Of a DNA stretch of 64,000 bases, positions 1 through 12,598 are shown piece by piece. Source of the stretch: Cyanophora paradoxa CCMP329 (Eukaryota; Plantae; Glaucophyta); NCBI GenBank assembly GCA_004431415.1, contig QPMI01000414.1, positions 113,257-177,256 of the forward strand, given 5' to 3'. Both the position numbers and the translations under genes were made by a program. How positions within the stretch are numbered: the first letter of the stretch is position 1; each line of letters starts with the position of its first letter. The notes under the pieces were generated by a model. It saw nothing but the letters and a program-made list of their open reading frames with translations, made no database searches and had not been told where the DNA came from.

Positions 1-1463
1 CGGGAGGGGCGGGAGGGGCGGGGGGGGCGAGGGGCGGGATACGTATACGGGGGCGGGGGCGTCGGGATCGACGGAGAGGTTCGACAGTTTGACGAAGAGC
101 TCCTCGACGTCCCCCACGACCCGCGCCGCGGCGGGGCCGGCGTCGGGGCGGGCCGGCGGGGCGAGGGCGCGGCTCTCCAGCCTGAGGAGCAGGTCCCAGA
201 ACTTGGCCTCGAGGGATGCGAGGAGGGACGCGGAGGCGGAGGAGGAGGAGGCGGCGGAGGCGGAGGCGGAGACGATATCGATCGGACGCGCGTCTCCCGA
301 GGGCGCGTCCTGCGGCGGACGGGGGTACGCGAAGCCCGCCCCTTCCAGTCCGAGCAGCGCCGCCTCCTCCGGATCCGGGTTCGGATCCCGCGGGGAGAGA
401 AAGGACGGCTCGGGCGGGGCGGGTCGGCCCGGGGCGCTGCGCCCCTCTTCGCCCTCGGAGGCCGATTCGAAGTCGGAGCCCGCGGGGGCGCGGGGGCGCT
501 TGGGGTTGGGGGGTACGGGGCCGCCCCCGGCGTGCTTGGCAGGGAGCGGGGGGTACGGGGCCGGGGCGGTGAAGGGCGTGCCGGGCAGGGAATGGGGTCC
601 GATCTCCGCGATCCCGCCCCCATCGCGCCTCCGAGCCGGGAGCTTGATCACGAGGTACACCATGATGCGGCCCTGCGCGCGCGCCCCGAAACGGTTGGCA
701 GAGGCAACAAAGCGGGGCGGGGCGGTGCGGGGCGCGGGCCACGCGCACGCGGGGCCGCTCGCCAGTGGCCGCGTCGCGGATGCGGAGCTCGAAGGCCGCG
801 CCCTTGAAGCAGCGGCACGAGTCCATCGCGAAGGCCTCCGTTTCCCCAAGCGCGTCCACGCGCGTCACGACGCTCGCCGCGCTCACGAAAGGGAAACAAA
901 GCCGGGGCCGCTTGTCCTGCTTCGAGCTCGAGAACGCTTCGGGGCACGTGTGCTCCTTCAGGGCCTTCTTCGCGCCTGCCGCGTTGCAGAACGGCGCGTG
1001 AGCGACGGCCGCGGAGGGCGGGCGGGCGATGTGCGTATGCACATGCTTGCAGTCGCTCGCGTGCGCGCGCACCCCAGCGGGCCAGCTCCAACACGATCTG
1101 CCTCCCCATCCAAGAGCTGCCCGCCGCCGCCTTCAGCTTGTACTTCCTGCAGTTGCCGCATCTCAGCAGAGCCCCGCAAGCGATCGCACGTGCACGGGTC
1201 CTATCATCTGCAGCGCTAGCGACCACGCGCCTGCATCTCAAGACGTAGGGATAGTGCGCGTAGAGGCCGTCCGGATCCTCGCCGGCGCAGCGCTCGAGCG
1301 ACCAGAGGTTCGGCGGGTGCGGGGCATATGCTTGGAAGGACGCTTGGACGGTGTCCTCCCAGGAACAAGCGGAGCGGCGGAGCAGGATGAACTCGGGCGC
1401 CTCCCGCGATTCGGGGCCGGCGTCGTCGCCGGCGTCGCCGCTCGCCAGCGCTGCTGTCGCCAT
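1..1463 (-). CDS. Host multi-exon hypothetical protein (3' part runs off the window)
   Basis: Coding-like GC-rich segments (MATAALASGDAG..., DPDGLYAHYPYVLRCRR, LEAKFWDLLLRLE) separated by short intron-like gaps; no recognisable domain. Confidence 0.35.
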
Positions 1464-1789
1464 GCGCGCGCGCGCGTATGCGTCACGATGCGTGCCGTAC
1501 AATTGACTACCCCGCCGCGGCTAACCGGCCGCGCGCGGCTCCGATCGCGAGGACCGATCGGCCGCGGCGCTCGCATAATTATAATTATTGGAAACGCAGC
1601 TGATCATGCATGATTATACGTACCATGAATCAGTCTACGATAGCCTGCTTCGACTTATTGAATTCTCTTCTCAACTTCAAGATCTAGTTTCTCGTCCCCG
1701 GGGTCAATCTAGACCGAGTCAGGCCACGCTTGTCAGACTGCTATCGCTACCGGTACCGGTCGGCTAATCCTGGATCCCTATAGCTAAGC

Positions 1790-4700
1790 CTACCACCCGC
1801 CGGGGCCCCGCCTCGCGCCGTCCTGCAGCGCGAAGAGCGCCTGGGCAGCGGCCGTAACGCCCTGCGCGGCGTGATCGTGAGGGGGGAAAGGGGGGGCGAT
1901 GGGGGCGGGGGTACGGGGGCGGGCGGGACCTGGCGGAGGAGGCGGGGGGCGAGCTCGGACTCGGGGTCCTCGGCCCGCCGGTCCTGCAGCCACGCGATCC
2001 CCTCCTCGACCTGGGCCGGGCGGGCGGGCGAGATGAGATGACGGTGAGGATTAAGACGGGCTGCAGCTGAGGAGATTCGATCGATATCGATCGCGAGCAC
2101 CTCTGTCCGCACGCGGCCGTAGAGCTCGGAGCAGAGCTCCGCGTCCTGCAGCCCGGCAGGGTACGGTGCGCGTGAGCCGTGGGAGCGTCGAGGGGGGTAC
2201 GGGATCGATGGTGCACCTTCAGGTCCTTGCGGCTGTACCCCGACAGGTCCAGCGGCTCTCCGAAGCTAAAGAGGGGTCAGCGCGGAGCCGAACGCGGAAC
2301 GGGGTGCGCAGGCGGGGAAGCCGAACGCGGAGCAGTACCGGAAGTAGAGGCGGGGAAGGCGCAGGCCGGGGGCCGGCACGGGGAACCACTCGCCCTGGGG
2401 TACCCCGATCTGCGCGAACCGATCGGTCCGACGGCGTCGACGACGGCGTACCCCTCCGAACTCCATCCCCCCGCACCTCCTCGAGCCGGGCATCCATCTG
2501 GGCCAGCAGCGGGCTCGATTGCAGCGCCGACCTGCAGAGTCGCCGCCCGGGTTAGCCCAAGCGGCGAGGTACACCGCAGGCTCTCGACAAGGGGGTACGC
2601 ACCGCATTTCGTTCGCGTCCAGCGCGATGTCGAAGACCTCCTCGGCGCCCACCTGCGCGGGCACCGTCGATATGGGGTACGAGAAATCTTTGCAGGGGGG
2701 TACGCGTACGGCGGAGAAGGGCACGACGGTCGCGCCGTGCCTGGAGGGCCGAGGAGAAAGGGATCGATAAAATTCAGTTTTTTAAGGGGGGTAGAGGCAG
2801 GCGCGCACCGCATGGCGACGCGAACGAAGTCAGTGTTCTCGCGCCAGAAGAGCTGGTACTGGGGTACACATGAGTCAGGGGCGGCGCGGGGGGATCGTTG
2901 CATTGAACCCTCTAGCCCTCTAGCCCTCGAGCCCCCTTTCTGACGGGGGGAGAGGAGGTAGGGCGGTGGGGAGGGGGGAGGGGGGCACCTTCTCGCCCTT
3001 GCGCTTGCAGACCTCGCGGGCGCCCCCGGGGAAGAGCAGCACCGGCTCCCCCGCCTGCACAGGAGGAGGAGGGGTCAGCTGAGCCCACTATGGTTTTGGA
3101 GGCGCGAGCGAGGGGTCTATAGCTAGCAGGCCTCTCAGATGCATTCTAGCTCGAGCGTCTCCGTGAGGGGCCGGGAGGAGGAGCTTCCTTTTCTCCTCAG
3201 CTTTACGACTCAGCGCTCGGTTGGCTTGGGGGGGGGGGGGGGGGGGGTTACGGGCCTCGAGGAGCTCGTAGAAGTTCCTGGCGGTGGCGCGGACGGAGCC
3301 GAACTTCTCGAAGGTGCTCGCCAGGCCCCGCCCGTTCGACTCCTGCCGGAGCCGGCGGTTTGGTCCGTCGCACCGGAAGGAGAAAGAGGACATCGAGATC
3401 TAGCTTTACAGAGACTAAAATCCTGCGGCTCAGTTAGCTTTACTTGGGTCCCGCACCTCAAAGCTCCAGTGGGACTCGTGCGCCAGCGACCGCATGAGCA
3501 GCCCCTTCTCGTAGTACATCTGGTGGGGGGGTACGGAATAAGTTTCGGAGGAGTTGGAGGGGGTACGGGCGCGCGCCTCGAGGAGGAGCATGGGCGTATC
3601 GAAGAGCCCGTACGTCGTGTGGTTCCTGGGGGGTACGCGGGTCGGAGGGGGTAAGGTAAAAGAGGAAACACGGATAAGCGTACCCAACGAAGAGGATGGG
3701 TCCCTGGGCCTCGTCGGCGTGGGGTACGCGGTTCAGCCCGTAGTACAGGGGGTCCGTCGCCACCTTCCAGGGGCCTACCAGCGCGAACGTCTCGTCGGAT
3801 CAAATCAAGCGGCGGGGGCGGGGGGTTGGGGGTACGGCGTCGCACCGTAGCGGTCGCGGAGGCCGTCCATGTCGGAGGGCGTCGGCGGTTCCCACCCCGC
3901 GGGGAAGGTCTTCCCGCGGAATGCCGCCCGCGGCAGCGCCGCCGCGGGCTTCGATGCCGAAGCCGATGAAGAGGAAGAGGAAGAAGGGATAGCGCCGTCT
4001 TCTGTTCCGTCGTCGACGTCGACGTCGCCCGGGGCGGCGGCGCCCCTTGGCCGGGACCGGGGCGCGGGGGCCGGGGGCAGGAGGCCCTGCTCCTCCAGGA
4101 TGCCCCGCAGGCTCACCCCGCGCTCTGCGGGCCGGAGCGAGGCCGCCGAGTATCAGGAAACGATATCAGGCGCAGGGCGAGCGAGCGAGCACGGCCCGAT
4201 CTTCTCCGATCTAATCTATCCATCTATCTTATAGCGAGGGGGGCGGGGGGAGGGGGGTACCGAGGAGGCAGGCGTGGCCCGAGTCCGGGAGCAGCACCGC
4301 GCGGCAGCCCGGCAGCAGCGCCGCCAGCCGCTCCGCCTCCTCCGCCGAGGGGAGCACCCTGGGGGGGAGCGGCGGGGTGAGCGGGGCGAGACCCAAGGCT
4401 AAGAGTCCCGTAGCTAAGAGAGGCGGGGTGAGACCCAAGGCTAAGACCCTCTGCGACCCTTCGGGTACCGTAGTCCCGGCTGCCAGCTGAGCCCAGGCTC
4501 AAGGCCCAGGCTCAGGCTCAGCTGAGCCCAGGCTACGGGCTTAAGATCTCTAACTCTGCGACCCTTAGGGGCTCGATCGAGGGCTCGATCTAGGACCCGG
4601 CTCGGGCCGCCGACCCAAGGACCTAGGATCCCATCCGGACCGCGAGGCTAGGACCACAAGGACCTAGGATCCCAATCCCAGGCTTAAGGCCGCGGGGCTA

Positions 4701-6122
4701 GCCGCGCACCGGTCGCGGCCCGACGCGATGACGAGGGAGGGGCAGGCGACGCGGCGCAGGGCGCGCTCCGAGGCGCCCTCCGCGAAGGCCCGCAGCTGCA
4801 GCAGCCGCCCCACCGTCGTCCGCTGCCGGAGAGATCAAATTCCGATCAAATTGGAGGGGGGGGAGAAGCGGACCTGGGGTATGCTGGCGATGACGCGGTC
4901 GACGTCGCGGTTCTCCGGCGGGATCCGATCCCAATCCCCGATGAACGGCAGGATGACGACCTGCGCGCGCGGGACGCCGGTTCGAATCCGGGCGGGGGCG
5001 TTCTTCGATTCCGGGGGGGTACGCGATCACGCCTTGGCGAGATCGAAGAGGATGTCGGGGAAGATCGTGAGGAGGGGGGAGCCGAGGGGCAGGATCGGGT
5101 TCGCAGCGAACGAGGTAGCGGGGTTCACCAGCACCAGGCGCTCCTGGGTACGGGATTAGGGATGGGGGAGTGGAGAGAGGGGGGTACAGGATAGAAGAAG
5201 GGCGCACGACGGCGGGTCCGAGGGCGCCCGCGGCGATGACGGCCAGGCAGCCGCCGAAGGACTCTCCGAGGATCCTGCGGTGGGGGCGCGCGGACCGGGC
5301 TCAGAGGGCGGGGGGGGGTACAGGACAGGGAGAGGGGGGGGGAAGGGGGACGGGGGTCACCAGAGCTTCAGATTCGGGCGCGCGGCCAGCTCTGCGCGGA
5401 TCACCTGGGGGCGGAGTTAGAGGGGGGGAAAAGATGAAGCCCTGGCCGCGGATCAAATCAGACTGCTCGCCATCTCGACGCGCGCGGCCATCTCCGCCAG
5501 CGAACTGCGGTCGTCGGGGCCGTACAGCATCGTGATCACCTCGAACCTGTGCGTGAACGCGTGTTCACACGGCAGGCTCGGCAGCACGCTAAGCTTATCA
5601 TTGACGAAGCACGCGTGCCGACCTGTCCGAGAGCGCGGGGGTCTGGTCGCGGAGCGTGCGTCCGGCGTCGAGTCCCGGCAGGCAGATCAAAAGGTTCTCC
5701 GTCGCCACGCCCGCGGCGCACGGCTGCCGCGAGAAGTCGGGCGGAAGCTCGGGCATCGGAGCCGCGGCGGCCGGCGGGGGCCGCGGCCGGTCGGCCGGTA
5801 GATCTAGCGGCACTACATTCACTTTGGCTTTCTCGGGTGCCGCTACCGCTGGCGCCCCGGATTCGGCCTCGGAACGAACAATTTGATCCGCCGCCCAGCT
5901 GCGCTCAAGCCGCCGGCTACCGACCACTCTCCTAGCTACAGCCACTGAGCGCTGGCCAACGGGCGAGCCGAGGAAGCCGCGCGCGGCGGGCCACGTGCGA
6001 ACGGCGTGCGGCCGCGCACGCGCCGGGCAGGCTCTGGGCGAGGCGGGCGCCGCCGATACGAGCAGCTCGTCCCCTACCGCGCGTGCTGGAGCGCCCAGCG
6101 ACGCGGCGAAGGCCTGCGACAT
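1790..6122 (-). CDS. Host phytyl ester synthase / ELT-like acyltransferase (alpha/beta hydrolase plus DGAT-type acyltransferase), multi-exon
   Basis: Exon pieces in the expected order: LICLPGLD, ESFGGCLA, LVLVNPATSF, LPDSGHACLL, GPILFVG/NHTTYGLFDTPMLL, LLMRSLAH, GEPVLLFPGGAREVCKRKGE, YQLFWRENTDFVRVAMR, VVPFSAV/GAEEVFD, RLYFR; N-terminus MSQAFAAS resembles a plastid transit peptide. Confidence 0.75.
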
Positions 6123-6172
6123 GCCGACGCAGAAGATTCGGTACCCCTTTGGGCAGAGTCAGAACCGCGAAA

Positions 6173-6507
6173 ATGAGGCGCATGACCGAGGCGGAGTACG
6201 AGCGGGTGAAGGCGGTGCGGGTCGGGAAGCTGATTCACTTCGGCGCCATCGGCGGCTCGGCCGCGGTCATCGCGTTGATGATCCTCGCCGTGCGCTGAGC
6301 CTCGCGCGCCCCGAGGCAGCCATGGCGTTAATTCCCGCGCAGGCCGACTTCGGCGACAAGCCGCACGTCTTCTCGGGGGTGCGCTCCAGGCCGCGGCGCG
6401 CCGCTCCGCCGCCCCCGCCGTCCTCACGCCGCCCCGCGCGCCCGCAGATCCAGGCGCGTCTGAAAGAGTTCAAGCGCATCGTGACCGGCGAGGATCTCGG
6501 CCGCTGA
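6173..6507 (+). CDS. Small host single-TM protein, head-to-head with the acyltransferase, 3 exons
   Basis: MRRMTEAEYERVKAVRVGKLIHFGAIGGSAAVIALMILA, then ADFGDKPHVFSG, then IQARLKEFKRIVTGEDLGR*, joined across GT..AG introns. Confidence 0.45.
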
Positions 6508-6901
6508 AGGCCCGCGGCTGCGGATCTCGTCGTAGCTAAGTTCTCGCAAGCTCGCTCGGCCGTCTCTGCCGCCCGCCGCTGCGGCGACGTCTGCACTCTA
6601 CAGAAGCGCATCAATGCCATCAGACCGTTCGAACGGCCGCGTCATCCGGCCCCTAGCGCAGCCAGCAGGAATGCGGCGCATTGGCAGCGCGGCATGGCTA
6701 GCTAGCGCAAACCACCTGCAGCTGCAGCCACACAGCGCAGCCAGTCGCCCGCCCCGCGCCGCGGGCCGCGCGCCGCCTAGATGTTCGCTCGTTACACTAG
6801 GCTTATATTTACGATTGAAAAGCTGAAAGATCTGCCTGTCTGTCACTGAACAAAAAGCGCTATGATGCGCCCCAGAACCTCCGCCGGGCCCCGCGCGCCC
6901 C

Positions 6902-9676
6902 TCAGGCAGAGTAAGCGTTCGAGGTCGTCTTGCCGCCGTACCCGGTCCAGTCGGTGTGGAAGAACTGCGGCGAAAGAGCGGGCGTCAGAGGGGGTACCGC
7001 AGAAAGGCGGGCGCGGGAGGGGTACCTGGCCGCGGGCCTTGTCGAGCCGCTCGTAGGTGTGCGCCCCGAAGTAATCGCGCTGCGCCTGTGGAGAAAGTGA
7101 GCGGTGAATTCGAAAGTGAGCGGTGAATTCGATCCGGAAGGGGTACGCGAAAGGCGGCAAAGGGGGTACCTGGATGACGTTGGCGGGGAGGGTGCCGGAG
7201 CGGTATGAATCGTAGTAGAACAGGGCGGAGGACATGGAGGGGAGCGGGATGCCTGCGGAACGGATCAGACAAGGGGGTACGCGATGCGATGCGAACGAAG
7301 CCAATCGAAAGGGGTACCGAGCTCGACGCCGGAGGCGACGACGGCGCGCCAGCCGGCCTGCGCCTTGCGGATAACGTCGGTAAAGTAGGGCGCGAGCAGC
7401 AGGTTCGCCAGCTTCGGCTCCTTGTCGAACGCGGCCTGGGCGGGGTACGCGTTTGAGGGGCAGGCGGGGCAGGGCGAGAGAGGGGAGGGGGGTACCTTGA
7501 TGTCCTTCAGGAAGGCGGCGCGGATGATGCAGCCGCCGCGCCTGGGGGGTACAATTAGAGCGGAAGGGGGAAGTGGGGGGAATATCGAAGGGGGGTACGA
7601 TTAGGGTCGATGGTAAGGGCGGTGGGGGGTATCAAAGTGGGGGGTACCACATGAGGGCAATGTCGCCGTACTTCAGGTCCCACTTGTACTCGTCCGACGC
7701 GGCCCGCAGCAGCGCGAAGCCCTGCGGGGGGTACCGGTTCGAATCGGGCGCGGAAGGAGCGGGAGAGGGGGGAGGGGTACGCGCCTGCGCGTAGCTGCAG
7801 AGCTTCGAAGCGTACAACGCGTCGTGGAGGTTCTGAGAGGTACGGGCTCAGGGGGGTACGCGGACGGGAGGATCGGAGGAAGGGGGGGTACCTGGATGAA
7901 GGCTTCGCGGTCGACCTGCTTGGCGGGGGACGCCGGGCCGGGGAGGACCTGCGGGGGGGTAGGCCCGTTCAGCCAGGACCACCGGGCTCTAGGCCTAGGG
8001 GTTGGCGGAGCTCCAGCCTACTAAGTACGCCGGAGCCGCTGCTCTAAGCCCGCCCGGCCGCGCCCCGGTGCACCGCCCTCCCCCGCCCTCCCCCTCACCT
8101 TGGCGGCCGCGACGCGCTCGTCTTTGACGGCCGAGATCGACCGCGCAAAGACCGCCGCCGCAAGCTGCGGGATCGGAATGCCTGGGGGTGCGGAAGGTGG
8201 TGAGAGCGGGAGGAAGGAGGAAGGGGGGAGAACAGGGGGGGGGTACCGAGGTCCAGGCCGGCCTCGGCGGTCCACTTGCCGGTGCCCTTCTGGCCCGCGC
8301 AGTCCAGGATGACCTGAGGGAGGGAGGAAGGATCGGGCGGGGACGAAGAAGAAGCAAAGCTTAGCCTAGCGAAGGGGGAGAGCTTGGCGGACCTCGACCA
8401 TCGGCTTGCCCGTCTCCTCGTCGTTCTTCTTCAGCAGCGCCGCAGTGATCTCGATCAGGTACGAGTCCAGGGGGCCTGGAGGACAGACAGGGTGAGACGG
8501 GGGCAGGGGGAAGGGAAGGAAACGGGGCCCGGCGGGATTCGAACCCTTGTTCCACTTGTCGAAGACGTCCGCGATCTCGGCAGGCTTCATGCCGAGCCCG
8601 GCGCTCATGAGGTGGTACGCCTCCGCGATCAGCTGCGGCGAAAGCGTAAGCGAGGGGGAAGGGAAGAGGAGGGCGGGTACGCCCACCTGCATGTCGCCGT
8701 ACTCGATACCGTTGTGCACCATCTGTGCGGAAGAGGGGAGGGAGGGGGGCGGGGGAGGGCGAGTCAGGGCAGGGGTACGCGGGATTCGAGGGGGGCGTAC
8801 CTTGACGTAGTGGCCGGAGCCCTCGGGGCCGACCCACTCGCAGCAGGGGCTACCGTCGAAGACCTGAGAAGGGAGGACGGGATCGCACTCGGGGGTACGG
8901 GGATCGCTGCGGGCGGGGTACGGCGCGCCTTGGCGGCGATGGCTTGGAAGATGGGCTTGACGTGCGGCCAGGCGGCGGAGGCGCCGCCGGGCATGATGGA
9001 GGGCCCCTTGAGCGCACCCTCCTCGCCACCGGAGACGCCGGCGCCGATGAAGTGGAGCCCGCGGGCCTCGCAGCTCATCGTCCGCCGGGTCGAGTCCCGG
9101 TAGTAGCTGTTTCCGCCGTCGATGATGATGTCGCCCTTCTCCAGGTGGGGTACCAGCGCCTCGATGAAGTCGTCCACGGGCCTGGCGCGGGAGAAGCTCG
9201 GCGCGGGGCGGGCGGAGCGGGCGGAGCGGGCGGCCCGCGCGGCAGCGCGGATGCGCTCACTTTCCAGCCTTGACCATGAGCATGACCTTGCGCGGCTTCT
9301 TCAGGTTCTTGCAGAGCTCCTCGAGGCTCTTGCAGCCGACGAACTTCTTCCCCTTGCCGCGGCCCTCGACGAACTCGTCCACCTTGCTCGTCGTGCGGTT
9401 GAAGACGGCCACAGTGAAGCCCCGGCTCTCGATGTTGAGCACGAGGTTCTCCCCCATCTGCCCGCGGCCGTCGGCGTCGCGAGAGCGAGGCGCGGGCGGG
9501 CGCCGATCCTAGGCGGGCCGGACGACGGGAAGCTAGTGCGACCGCTCAGGGTCATGACGCGTCGCGTGAATGGCCGTCGCGAGCCGCGCGTACGCTTGGC
9601 GACCCCCGCACACGCCCGCGTTCCAGCGGGAAGGGCGCACCACGGCCAGGCCGACGAGGCCGAAATCCGCCGACAT
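6902..9676 (-). CDS. gnd: 6-phosphogluconate dehydrogenase (decarboxylating), multi-exon
   Basis: [12 protein letters not shown] / [22 protein letters not shown] / IIIDGGNS / [19 protein letters not shown] / GSGHYVK / [12 protein letters not shown] / [10 protein letters not shown] / [13 protein letters not shown] / FFHTDWTG: canonical 6PGD motifs in order. Confidence 0.97.
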
Positions 9677-9964
9677 GCTGCTAGTAGCCGCGAATGAAGG
9701 TTGACTGCACGAGCTGCCGGCCGGAACGCAAGGGTCAGCGATGAAAACCAGAGCGGCCCGACGGCGTACGATCCCATAGCCGTCTCCTCTCTACAGGGAG
9801 CACAGCGTGGGCCGCTCACCTTCTCCGAGCGAGCACCGAACGACGTTCTCGCCGCAGACGACGTACCCCTTCTGACGTCGAAGACTCGTTTTGCGTCAGC
9901 GACCGCAGCGACTTCGGAGGTACGCTGATCTCAACGGCAACTTGGCTTTGGCGACGCGCTAGGC

Positions 9965-11735
9965 ATGGAGCCGCTGCGGGAGCATGACGCGCCTGGCGTG
10001 TCGCTGCTCGACCTGCCGGAGGAGATCTTGGAGCGCATCCTGCAGCTCGCGGGGCTATCGGACGCGTGGCCCGCGCGGCGAACGTGCCGCCGCGTGCGTG
10101 ATGCCGTGGATCGGGCCTCGAGCTCCGGCCGCCTTGCCCCGGCGCACGAGCTGAGGGCGGCGGCGGACGACCCTGCTGTCCTGGAGGCGCTCGCGAAGCT
10201 GATTAGGGCGGGCCGCGTGCGCGCCGAGTCGTTGAGCATCACGCTGGGCCGGCCTCGGGCGTCGGCGCCGTCAGCTGCAGCGACTGGTAATGCGAAAGGC
10301 GGCCGCGGCGCGGGGGCTGCATCCCAGCTCTTTAAGGCGGCGGCGGCGGTCCTGGAGGCGTGGGCGCCGGCGGCGGGCGCGGCGCAGCCGGCGGCCGGCG
10401 AGGCGACGCTCGTCGTTCGAGAGGACCTCTTCGAAGACGGCGCCTTCCTCGACGCGCTGCGCGGGGCGCCGCCGGCGCTGGGGCGCCTGAGCGGCCTGCG
10501 GCTCCCCGTCGGCCTGCGCGTCGTTTCACCGGAGGCGAACGCCATCGTCGAGCTCCTGCCCCGACTCCGCCGCCTCTCCTTCGAGTTCGGGAGCTGGTTC
10601 GCCAAGGCGGCGAGGCGCGCGCCCGAGCGCTCGGACCTCTTCAACGCGCTGGACGTCGTCGTTCGAGCGCTCTCGCGGCTGCCACTGGAGGAGCTCGCGG
10701 TCGACGGCGCGCGCGGCGGGGTCGGGGTGGAGGGCGCCCAGCTCCGGGCCCTCGCCAACGGGCGCGCCGGGCGGTCCCTACGCTCCCTCGACTTCGGGTG
10801 CGCCTCCGATGAGCCTTCCTTTCTTTCTTCCTTGCATTCTGACGCCCTCCTCCCCCCTCGCCCCCCCACCTCCCCCCTCCTCGCCCCCCCCCCCCCCCCC
10901 CCCCTCCCGCAGGAGAACGCTCAGCCTGGACCGCGTGGCCGCCGGCGGCCTCTTCTCCCTCCCCGCCTCGAGCGCGTCGCCTCCAAGCTCGCCTTCGGGT
11001 GCGATCCCGTACCCCCCGCCCCCCCCCCGTACCCCTACCCCCTTTGAGCCCGCGTCGTGTACCCCCCCCCCCAGGCCGGACCCGGAGGCGTGCACGTCGG
11101 CGCTGTACGGCGTACTCCTGCACGGGGCGCTGCGGGAGGCCAGCCTCTCGATTCGGGTACCCCCCACGGGCTTCGACTTCGTTCGGGACCTCCAAATGGC
11201 CCTCGAGAGCCGCCCTACCCCCCTCTCCGACCTCAGCCTCCACCTCGAAATCTTCGCCGGTGCGGCTTCGAACTCAATTTTGCCGAAAACTACGTACCCT
11301 CGACCGCCCCTCACACCTCCCACTGGGCCAGTTCGCACGCGGGGCGCCCTCGTACCCCTGCTCGAGGTCGCGGGCCCCGCCCTCCGCTCATTCGATCTGA
11401 GCTCCGAGGAGCCGCCGGCCCCGGGCGAGCTGGCCGCCCTCGCCGCCTGCGCGCGCCTCGAGCGGGCCCGCCTCTCGCACCCGCTCCCCGAGGGGGCGGG
11501 CGCCTGCGCTCCCGCGGGGTACCTCGCCCTCGCGCCCCTCGCCCACCGCCTCGAGGTCCGCCACCGCCTGTACCCCGCCGAGGCCTCCTTTTAAGGCCTG
11601 CCGCAGGTCCGCCTCGGGGCGGCGTCGACGTCGACGTCGGGCGGGGGCGGGGGCGGGGCCCCGGGGCGGCCGGGGGCCCTCGAGGCGCTCCGGCGGCTGC
11701 TCCCCGGGGCCCGCGTCGAGCTGGACTCCCCCTGA
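9965..11735 (+). CDS. Host F-box / LRR-like protein, multi-exon
   Basis: N-terminal F-box-like LLDLPEEILERILQLAGL...RRTCRRVR followed by LxxLxL repeats (LRRLSFEF, LRSLDFG, LRSFDL). Confidence 0.65.
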
Positions 11736-12598
11736 CCCGCGCCTTCTAAGGACTAGACCCCTTGTTCCTTTTTGTCGACAGGAGACATCTTTGTCATGCT
11801 GAGCTCGGCGCCGGCGCCCCACGCCGGCCCCCGCGTCTTGCCGGCCGCCCTGGCGGAGCCTGCTGACCCGGCCCCCGATTCGCCAAGATATTTCCATGAT
11901 GACGGATCCGCGCCCCCTATAGCTAATTTAAAAGGAGTATAATAAATTTTATAGCTAGGGACGGGGCGGTCGGAAGGGCAGGACCGGAGGAGGGTGCAGG
12001 GTAGGGGGTGAGGGGGTCAAGGGGGGAAGGGTGGAGGGGCGGCGCGGCCGGCGTGGGGGGGGGGGTAGGAGGCACGGAGGAGAGAAGAGGGCGAGACAGG
12101 CGTGGAGGACATCCTCGACCTCGGCCGGGTGGAGGAGAGCAAGGAGGGGGCGAGGGAGGGCGGGTAGGAGGGGTGGCCATGGGGGCCCGGCCGGGGGGGT
12201 GGGAGCCAGGGGGCAGGGGTGGGGGCCTCGGAGCCTGTAGTTGAGCACACTCGCATCGCTCGTGCCGCGCACTTCGCGCTGCTGCTCGCTCGTGGCCGCG
12301 GGCACGCTTGCGCCCGATCCGATGATCGCAAGCTTGCTCGCGCGCAGTCGCTTTCAAGATTTGCTGAGTGCAATCGCTCCTAGCTATACTATAGAGTTTG
12401 CATTTGCACTTCGAAACTCGAAGGATTAATATTATCTCGAAGCATTTTCACACGTACGCGTTCAAATTCAAACTGCTTCAGGGAATCACACAGAATTCGA
12501 ATTTTCTCTGGTTGTATTGCAGTAGGTATACGTAGGCGGGTAGGAGGAGAGGGGGTTACGGGGGGCACTGCGGCAGGGGGCAGGGGGCGCGGGGGCGG

